A stretch of DNA of 64,000 bases from Eledone cirrhosa (Eukaryota): assembly GCA_964016885.1 (NCBI GenBank), contig OZ024740.1, positions 101,990,001 through 102,054,000 of the forward strand. The letters are read 5' to 3'. This document shows positions 54,481 to 64,000 of the stretch, piece by piece. Position numbers and translations under genes: made by a program. The notes under the pieces are model-generated. The model was given only the letters and a program-made list of their open reading frames with translations. It ran no database searches and was not told the origin of the DNA. Numbering within the stretch: position 1 is the first letter of the stretch; each line of letters begins with the position of its first letter.

Positions 54481-55979
54481 TATATGTCATGAAGCAATAC
54501 ACTGGTATATAACACCTTAAAAACGTGTATGCTGATGCATTATAATGCTTAACCTGCATATCTTGGCATTTTAAGAAAAGAACACTGGACACTTTAGTAT
54601 TTGGTATACAAACGAGACAGCCATGACTGGAACACTTTTACTCATAATCCTACGAACAATAGTCTAAAACAAACTATCTAAATCATATTTCTAATTCCTT
54701 AAACTTTCTATGTCATTAAGATATCACTAATGAAATATGTTTCAAATTTGCAAAATTAAAAAGTTGGTGAAATCTTGAGAAATTCTTTTAAAATATTATT
54801 CCTTTCATGACCACATTTCTAATGAAATACATTCTATTTTAATTAATTAATGGAGAATTTCAAGGGATTTAGTAAAATTAATTATTTCCTTAGTTTATTG
54901 AAAAATTATTTGAAATGGGTGTATTCTTTCACAGAACCAGGGCCAGTTTTGGCCAGGTTGGTATCAAAAGGGTTAAATGTCTGTTGAACTTCTATCAATT
55001 CCAACAACAAATGTTCCACTTGTTTGATCAACAAGACAGCCTGCTTATGAAATGAATGTGCAAGTGGCTAAGCATTCCATAGACATGTGTATCATTAATG
55101 TAATTCTCAATGAGATTCAGCATGACACAGTATGTGACATGGCTGGCCCTTTGAATTACGTGTTTTGCCAGCTGAATGGACTGGGGCAACATAAAATAAA
55201 GTGTCTTGCTCAAGGACATAATATACAAGCAGTGATCAAACTCACAATAATTCGATTATAAGCTGAGAACCCTAGCTACTAATCCACATACCTAATCTGA
55301 AGGTAAATAACAACATATCAACAGAGGGGAGAAAATTCCCTTTGTGGATGGAGGCTGGAGAAAAAGATGGAATAGAATGAACCTCTGCCAGTTTCGATGA
55401 CAGGGTGGTCAGCTCATGAAATAAACAGGCAAGTGGCTGAGCATTCTAGTGACATGTGTATAATCAACATGTTGTGGGAAAGTTTGGTTCTTTGAATTAT
55501 AGCTACAGCCTATCCAACAGCCTTCCAATGTATGAATGTTTTAGTTTGATCAACAGGGTAGTCAGATCAAGACTGGTAAATGATAGTCAAAATACTAAAC
55601 AATAAGATCAAAACCAGAAACTTATGATTGCAGACTAAACTTAACCAATTGTCCATTAAGTGTCCATGGGAGTAAGAAGTAGCTAATCTATCTAATAGAT
55701 GACATTTCTATTATCAGGGATTGAATGAATAAAATTCTAGTGAACCATCTAACTAGCTATCTTCTGTATTTCATTCTCTTCCTCCCTCAGTCTCTCCCCT
55801 CTCTCTATGTTGTTTGGCATCTTTAATAAATAATAGATGTCTTTTCTCATTTTATTTAAATCATTAATAACAAAAGTAATTTCAAATAAATCATGATCAG
55901 ACATTTTATTATCTAAAAAGTCATTCCTCAAAATAACTTTTTTTTTTTTGGAGTATCTTTTTTTGGGGTTCTTGTTGCT

Positions 55980-56250
55980 ATTTGGTGGTGGCAGTAGCAG
56001 TGGTGTTGGTGGTGGTTGTGGTGGTGGTAGTAGTGTTGATAGTAGCAATGGAGGGTGGAGATGGATGTTGGAGGTGATGGGTGGTGGTTTGATTGATGGA
56101 TGGTGGTCATGGTGGTGTTAGTGGTGGTGATGATGGTGGTGGTGGTGGGGATGGCAGTGCTAGTGTTGGTGGTGGTGGCAACATTGTTGATTGTTTTAGA
56201 GGTGGTGGCAGTAGTGTTGATTGTTGTAGTGGTGGTGATGATAGTGGTAA
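55980..56250. repeat. (GGT)n low-complexity tract
   Basis: Read directly from the sequence. Confidence 0.85.
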
Positions 56251-56783
56251 GGAACTTTTTTTTTCTCTTTTCCTTTCAGTAATGTTTTCTCTTATTTTCT
56301 AAACCAAGTAGGTCATACATCGAGGTCATTGAAAATCAAATAAATAAATAAATATCGGAGAAAGTCTTCCAGTAAACATAACATATACTTAATAGATGCC
56401 ATCATCTATTCTTACATCCAAGTGTTCTGTGATAAGAGCCAATTTAAAATATATTTTGCAGTAAATTCACATTTTATGGTAGCATGGCAGCATATGACAG
56501 AAAATAAACATAATCCCTCAGTAGCAATTTTAAGAATCAAAAATGATAACACACGTTTTCATAGATCATGGTCTTTATCTAACAAGTTGGTTTCAGATAA
56601 ATTAGCTGGCTATGCACACCATTATATATAATATGTGCACATATGTATATGTGTGCATGCCGATAATGTATGAATGCATGTGTTGGGAGTGTATGTATGC
56701 ATATATGGGTATATATCTACATCTATATATATAGAGAGAGATATATAGATATATATGTATGCCTCTCTCTCTATCTCTCTCTC

Positions 56784-56819
<36 letters not shown>

Positions 56820-56947
56820 TATGTGTATATGTGTGCATATGCGGGCAGACGTGTCTGCTTGTGTATGCGTATGTAGTGTCAACTGTTTCTGTAAAACAGA
56901 TAAAGGAAAAAGAGCACTCTATGTTAAGTACAGAGCTAAAATATATT

Positions 56948-57163
56948 ATTATAAATAATATCTCAAAACAGCTGCTTGCCACCTAAGGTTTTAAAGGCTA
57001 CTCTAGCATAGGTTGTAGAGACACTACACATGCTAGTGTTGCTTATCTTTCTTGGCAAGAATAAGATTTAGGAAATACCAGGATATATTATGTCTTTATG
57101 ACCTGTACTAGAGTAGGGTTCGAAACCTTAGGTGGCAAGCAATTGTTGAGAAACAATTTATAA
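56948..57163. repeat. Diverged ~75-bp inverted repeat (56948-57023 / 57090-57163)
   Basis: TGCTTGCCACCTAAGGTTT / AAACCTTAGGTGGCAAGCA plus flanking matches. Confidence 0.75.
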
Positions 57164-57416
57164 CGATATAAATATATATAATATATACATATAATATATA
57201 CATCATCATCACCATATATATATGTATGGATGCAAATGGCATGACAATGAAGAAACAAAAGATGGCAATTGTCTGGGAAGATGCTGCAATACTCAATACG
57301 TGTAGGTATATCTACACACACACACACATATATATAATTCTAGAGGTGGCTTCCTATGAAGAGAAATCAGCACATATTTAGAGTATATATATTTTTCATT
57401 TTGGGAATTGAAAGTA

Positions 57417-57490
57417 CAGTTCCTCACAATAACTGACCAGTTTTATTTCAGTTGAGAATCATCAGAGTGGCCATTCAATGTGAGGAACTG
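57417..57490 (-). ncRNA. Degenerate type I hammerhead
   Basis: ACT-CTGATGA-TTC..GAAAT-AAAAC TG GTC^AGT, enclosed by a CAGTTCCTCACA/TGTGAGGAACTG stem. TATACTC follows on the minus strand. Confidence 0.55.
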
Positions 57491-57649
57491 CATCCTTATT
57501 TCTCTCACTAAAATATACACACATATACACGCACACAGATGTATGCATTTGTTTGTATGCATGTGTGTATATCTAGAGAAGAGTGTGCAGGTCATTTCTA
57601 GCACAATCTCGCTTCAATTATATTCCACTTGTTGTTTTCTTATGTGAGG

Positions 57650-58342
57650 TTCAGTATTTTGAAATCAGCTTTGCCCTGGTCAGCCTTGGTCTTTTTCTAC
57701 AGCAGATTCCTTCCACTGACATCTCTTGGCATTTCTTCACCCAACAATCATCATCCATATGCATCACATGTCTATATCAACATAGTCTTCTTTCTTGTAC
57801 ACTACATCTAATTCCTCTTATACCTAGTTTTTCTCTCAGCTCATCCATGCTTTACTGTTTGTACATATTAGCATTACATATTCATCAAAATATGTTCACT
57901 TCAGTTCTCTATAGCTTTTGAATATCTTGTGCACTCTCTGAATGCATCCATCATACAGTCAGACATCTTCTTATTCTAGCTATTATCCTTTCAGAGTAAT
58001 TTTCACCACTGCTAATTAGGTTGCTGAGATAACAGAAACTATCTACTACTTCTATGGCACCTTCCTGGGATTGGAAAAACATATTTCATGTTGCTTTTAT
58101 CAACTATCTCTGTGCATCTGCCACATACAGTCTATCTTTTCTGTTAACTTGCCTACAATCTCACTACATCTCGTGTGCATCTATACCTTATATTGTAGAG
58201 TTCTTACTAAAACTTTGGCTTTGCTAGGTTTACTCTGAACCATTTTGATTCATAATTCTGTTTTTGCAATGGAGAATTTTTTCTCTATCTCTTCCACAAA
58301 TTCAGCTATAAGAACTTGGTCACCAGTATACAGAAGTTCCCA
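57650..58342 (-). pseudogene. Highly decayed RTE C-terminal relic
   Basis: Colinear with 3720-4570 (e.g. ELLYTGD at ~58320-58340). Confidence 0.65.
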
Positions 58343-58389
58343 CTAAATATATAATGCATGTAGGGTAATGTATAATGCACACAAACATT

Positions 58390-59012
58390 TCTTAATGAAT
58401 TGAAATTTTCCTATACCTAGAGAAATAAAGCAAAACTTTAATGACATTCATCAATGATACACAAAGAAAAGAAGTGGAGTTGATTTCAGTAAATTAAGAA
58501 TTAATTTTAAAAATTATTTCTCTTGCTTGAGGAAAAATCTGATCTTTCTTAGCAGGAATGATGACAGCAATAGATATGTTCTGGTTTTATTAGATCTTGT
58601 CAATGAAACATAGACAGCACAAACACACCTGATCAATAAACATAGGTTTTTACGAATAGAAGAAAAGGTTAAAAATAATTGTTGTTGAACAGCAATCAGC
58701 ATTATGAAAAACAAAATTTTGCCATGGGGGAAATAACTCAAATAGACCAATGACAGGGATAAGTCAAGTATGTATGGATGTACTAAATAACGTTTTTAAT
58801 AAATTTTTAATGAATTGAAATCTTTCTTAGTTGGAGAAAGAAGAAAAAATGCTGTAAGGCTTATAAAATTTTCCCTTAAGCATGAGAATTAATTTTTTTT
58901 AATTAATTCTTACTTTATTGAAATCACCTACCATTATCTTTGTGCATTGCTAACGAAAGGTATAAGGTTTTTGCTTTCTTTCTTCAGCTAAGTGAAAAAT
59001 TTCAATTTATTG
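58390..59012. repeat. Old MITE/foldback with diverged ~150-bp inverted arms
   Basis: 58393-58540 is approximately the reverse complement of 58868-59012. Confidence 0.55.
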
Positions 59013-59153
59013 TGCGTCATTCGGTACCTCCATACAATCTTGATTTATCTCAACTCATTCCATTGGCTTATTATAGATGTTTCCTTTATCTCAGTTATTG
59101 TTTATATATATATATATATAAACATGAAAACCCACACGCACACACATACACAA

Positions 59154-59185
<32 letters not shown>

Positions 59186-59384
59186 GGGGGGGGGGTGCAT
59201 GTGTGTATGTGCATTTGCATGTGTGTGTGATCAACAAAATTAATACTTTGATGCACATTTGCTAATATTTCATCAATTGCATTATTACACCTTTATATAG
59301 AAAAGAAATAATAAAATTTCTTTTCTATAATTTTTGACTTCTTGATAATTTAATTTTTATTATTGATTCCTGATATTTTCAAGG

Positions 59385-59665
59385 AGGCAATATATTGGTA
59401 TCATAGTAATATAATGATATCATACTTAGAGCACAGATATAGTATAATATATTGGTATTGTAGCTGGGATATATAGTAATATAATGATAACATAGCTAGA
59501 GCACAGATATAGTATAATATATAGGTATCATAGCTGGGATAAATGGTAATATAATGATATCATAGATATAATATAATATATTGGAATCATAGCTGGGATA
59601 CATGGTAATATAATGATATCATAGCTAGAGCACAGATATAGTATAATATATTGGTATCATAGCTT
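59385..59665. repeat. Two-unit compound minisatellite
   Basis: Recurring ATAGCTAGAGCACAGATATAGTATAATAT and ATAGCTGGGATA...GTAATATAATGAT. Confidence 0.85.
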
Positions 59666-60214
59666 GAACATAAATAAAGCAATATTTTATATTCTACACA
59701 CAGTTTGTATTGTATCAGCTGTCAACTGGAGATCTCAACAGGATTTCAACACCTTCCAACAGTATTACTCCCTCTAGTGGTACTTATAAACATTAATGCT
59801 ACAAGGGAATGTCCAGGTTTTATGATCCACTCATTAGGACAATTTTTCTCATTATTCACCAGAATCATGATACTGTTGTAACCATTCCCATCATTCAGGA
59901 ATGTTGATATTTACTCCTTGATCAGGGTTTACTCTCTGCTGAGCACTTCTCTTTCTCTCAAATGCTTTTACAATATATATAATGAAGCTTTTTCTGCCTC
60001 CATCCCCAGCTCTTTTATCACCTTTCTACTCTCCTTTCCAGGAATTTTGAGGTTTACTCCTTGCTGAGGGTTTACTAAACAGTGAGAGGTTAGTATTTAG
60101 TATAATATTGACAAAATCAAATGGGTAAACAAAGAGAAGTTAGTGTTTAGTACAGTGTTGATGAGATCAAAAAGAGGTTAGCATTTAGTACAGAGTTGAT
60201 GTCAAATCATTAAA

Positions 60215-60385
60215 TAATTGTTTCTACTTTAGGCACAAGGCCAGCAATTACCCAGTACATTACTGGTACTTTATTTTATCGACCCCGTAAGGATGAAAGG
60301 CAAAGTTAACCTCGGCGGGATTTGAACTCAGACTGTAAAGGGACATAACTATGCTAGAAAGCATGGTGTCCAACCCTCTACCGAT
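60215..60385 (-). mobile_element. SINE family 1
   Basis: Consensus match. Confidence 0.9.
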
Positions 60386-61632
60386 TTGTACAAAATATGA
60401 GATTTTCTTGTTATTTAATCAGAATAGTATCGTTATCTATGACCATTTACAGAACCTCAGGCATGTTATCAGACATTTAGAATGATGTTTTAAAACTGAG
60501 TAGATTCTGCTAAAGATATCCAAGGCTCCAATGGTGGTGTTTAACAAGACAATAGATTAAGGTTGGTACACAACAATTTCTGGGAGTAAGGCTCCATAGA
60601 CAATGTAATAGAAGAAATAGGGATAGAGATAAACTGAAACAAGCAGATGAGTTGTTTTATTATATTTATTTTAAATGAGTATCATGTTATGAGTGGTATA
60701 CTTTTGTTAACTGAAAAGTACTCATATGTAGAGCAGATATCTGCTTTGTACTGTCAGCTGTCCATGACTGAAATGATTTCCAGCTTGAAAAGGAAATGTA
60801 TCTGTTGTGAAATGATCTTGGCTGTCTAGATGACATGTATGCTGGTCCTGAGAAATTATCTAAGAAAAATTGATATATCACCATCATTTTAAGTCTGATT
60901 TCCATGCAGACATGGATTGAATGGATCATCAAAGTCCAGCTCAGTTTATATTTGTAGTTACTGCTCTCCTTAGATGGGTTGGTGGAACCATGTCTTTCTC
61001 ATACATTCCATTTTGGGTTTGGTTTAGACTACCTCCCTAACACCAACCACTTAACAGAATGTACTGAGTGTATTTCATTGTGACACCAGTACTAGAACTA
61101 AAAGGTCCTATTAATTGTAGCAGCTTTACATGTTGTACTGGGTACATTTTATCATAGCACCAGCACTAGCATATGGAGAGAATATTTTGTTTATGTCAGG
61201 CTTATCATTCACTTCCATTTCATGGTTGAATAACTGAGATAAAACAGGTCAATGCACCTATAAAACAGATATATTTTCCTGTAATAATATAGAAATTTGT
61301 AAATTCATAAAAGCCATTTCTTTTCCATTTAGGGTGGGAAATTAGAAATAAAAATGGAAAGAATAAGAATAGAATTGAATAATATAAGCTTGTATACCCT
61401 TCTAACACCAACCTGTCTGAGACTGCCTGGCATGTTAACATATCTAGATACTCAATGTGCAGAGTTATATACTCATTTATGCTTTATTGAGTATCTCTAT
61501 ATCTGTATATATCTAGATATATATTTATCATATACTTCGGTGAATAAGATGCAAATTGATAGGTTCATTTCAGTGATAAGGTATATAAACCTCTCCAATA
61601 CATATTTCCTTGTGATTGTTTAGCTGATATAC

Positions 61633-61665
61633 AATATCTTCTGATGAAAATCGATTCAAGATATT
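61633..61665 (+). ncRNA. Hammerhead remnant lacking stem II
   Basis: AATATCTT-CTGAT-GAAAA TCGA TTC^AAGATATT. Stem I is a perfect 8 bp and stem III is palindromic. Confidence 0.5.
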
Positions 61666-61858
61666 TATCACTTTTTTCAATTTACAAGGAGATACATAAA
61701 ATTGACATATTTACACTCAATGTGTAAATTTATATACACATTCACATAGTCACAGATATCTCTATACTGTATATATACAGGTATAAATTTATCATACACT
61801 TCGGCTGCTTAGGGCGCAACTTAATATATATTGAAATCCCATTCAAAATCTCATTAAA

Positions 61859-62118
61859 CAGTAGTTTCCAGCTTGGAGCTCTGTGATGATAGTACTGGGG
61901 ATCTGTGAGCTTAGTTCAACATTTCAAGTAATTCATTAAAAACTTAATATGAAAATGCTATTGGGTATCTATTCTTCACTAAGAATAAACATTTCCCTTT
62001 TTTATTGATATTCTTGATATATAATAATCTAGGTTGAGAGTAGTTGTAACAGGGGATCTGTGGGAAAATTCATTTATATAAAAGGGGTCCTTGATAGTGA
62101 AAGGTTTGTGAAGCTCTG
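61859..62118. mobile_element. Old hAT-type MITE
   Basis: CAGTAGTTTCCAGC ... GGTTTGTGAAGCTCTG ends; flanks CATTAAA / CATTATAA. Confidence 0.4.
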
Positions 62119-64000
62119 CATTATAACATCAATGAGATTAAATTTTAGTTGGTCAGCGCCAGAATGTTTGAGTCTCTACATGAAACCTTGATCTGCTAGA
62201 AATAGCACCCAATCCTTCTTCAAACCACACCCTACTATTTTAGAAATAAATGACATATAATGTAGTTTTGGGCACACTATTCCTGAAAATAAGATAGGAT
62301 AGATATAGATGTAATGCCCTTTATCATAAGTTTACTTCATAAGAATTGACTTGTGGTTAAAACCCACAACATCAACAATCAATAAAGTTACTCAGTTAAA
62401 ATTGTTTTGGGAAAGCTGTTAAAATGCACATTATAGCCCAGCTCACTGCCACCATCACACGCCATTTTCTTTTTTCTTCCCTTTTTTAAAAAAAGGAGTT
62501 TTAATTTCCCCCAAATCAGGACATATAGGGTAAAAGTGTAAACTGTTGTTTTGTTTTGTCTTACTTTACTATCATTTTCACTCCTTTATTTGCATTGTAC
62601 TGACTTTTATATAACAATTTTAGCTACATAATCTCAAAATACTTTATATAAACATTGTTACTCAATAAAGTTTTATATTTTACTAAACTTCTCAAAAATC
62701 TTGAATACATTGAAAATTAATAGAACACATACTGATTAGAAATATAGTCTTGAAAAAGATAAATCCATGTAGATTTTAAAGTATTCTACTGAAAGGAAAC
62801 ATTTTTTTATTTATCAATGATAGAAATGAGGGAGACATTATATAATTGTACCAATGTAGAAGGATAAGCAGTGTCCATGATGTCTCTAGATCTGTTGAGT
62901 AATGTAGTTGAATTTCATCTTGAACATCTGGTGATTGATATCTGCAAGAAAAACATTGGCAAAGAGAGAACTCTTGATAGGTGCAATTTTGTGGAAGATG
63001 GATTATGGTTATGGTTAGGATGAAGTTAATGTGGTATTTGTGAGATAAGATGCAGTAAGGGTGAAATAATGAACATTCATGGAGTGGGTATGCAGAAGTC
63101 ATTGTATTAGTAAATGAAAAGACAGAAAGGAAATAGTAAATCACTACACTCATGCCATGTGTTTACTAAAACATAGTGATTATTTTCATATCTCTATACT
63201 AAGGCAAACATTACTCTCATATCATATCTATACTACAACATAAGCATTATATTGATATCATATCTATAGTAAGACACAATAATTATATTCAAATCATATC
63301 TAAACTAAGAAACAAGAATTACACTGATACCATATCTATACTAAGAAACAAGCATTACACTGATATCATTCCCTCATTGCCTAAACAATAAATAAAACTA
63401 TGAGTACATTAAACATTGTCTTTTTTTAAATGATAGGGCAATCTTTATTAAAGCTACCTGTATTGTTATTAATGAATAGAAATCAAACTATAATCATGAG
63501 TATCTTAAAAATCTGTCACAAGCCGTGAAGTTCATCAGACTAATGTTTATCCCAGTTTCATAGGCATTAAGATTCTGCAAACACAATCAACTATGTTAAC
63601 TAGGACATTACAGAGTTGACCCCACCCCCAGCTGTTGCTATTACTCATTCTTTTCAGCTGAATAGACTTGACTAACATGAAAGGTCTTGCCAAAGAACAC
63701 TATACACTGTGCAGTCCAGAAAAAAAAGCTATGACCTTATGATTGTGAGTCTTTCCCCTTATGAGTATCTAGGATTACATTAATTATCTAATGTGCCTTT
63801 TCATTTTATATGTTATTAGGATTCAATTTGAAGCTGAGGGGGATGTAGCTGCTATTTCTAGCAAATTATATAACCATATAAAGGCTCCCTCATTGGTATC
63901 TGTTTACTGATAGGTGATTAGAGTCATTATGAATTAAGTTAGGTGAAAACAATTACAATTATAATATCTCAGTTAACTGCAAATCTCATTTTACCAGATA

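Noticed and set aside
50455-54977. One 4.5-kb piggyBac element bounded by TAACCCTTTTGA / TCAAAAGGGTTAA
   Set aside because: No transposase inside, the left TTAA is imperfect, and the ends look like two separate old fragments in opposite orientation
57090-57140. Hammerhead in the 56948-57163 inverted repeat
   Set aside because: The core reads TTTATGA and there is no valid NUH; only the inverted repeat is reported
62776-63153. 125-aa ORF as a host exon
   Set aside because: No recognisable domain or splice support; more likely decayed repeat

Overview
This is repeat-saturated, AT-rich eukaryotic non-coding DNA (intron or intergenic). The SINE, RTE and microsatellite mix suggests a cephalopod (octopus-like) genome, which is inference only. 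I found no host-gene exon, and most ORFs in the track are microsatellite artefacts. Recognisable content: several decayed RTE-clade LINEs (APE-RT with a C4HC3 finger), many copies of two tRNA-derived SINE families, a Buster/Charlie-type hAT relic and hAT MITEs, a TTAA MITE, non-autonomous Helitrons, a Penelope-like (PLE) RT relic, and ~4.7 kb of (CAC)n-derived satellite. Main discovery: many 150-900 bp non-coding elements from several sequence-unrelated families sit inside (TA)n tracts and share one architecture. That architecture is a minimal type I hammerhead ribozyme (CUGANGA-stem II-GAAA-short, often palindromic stem III-NUH-stem I), a partial inverted or tandem self-duplication, and often a downstream TACTC...GAGT hairpin. 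About six hammerheads have intact cores and more than ten are degenerate. They look like microsatellite-targeting, ribozyme-bearing PLE pseudo-LTR remnants or non-autonomous derivatives. All folds were read by eye and coordinates are approximate to a few nt.
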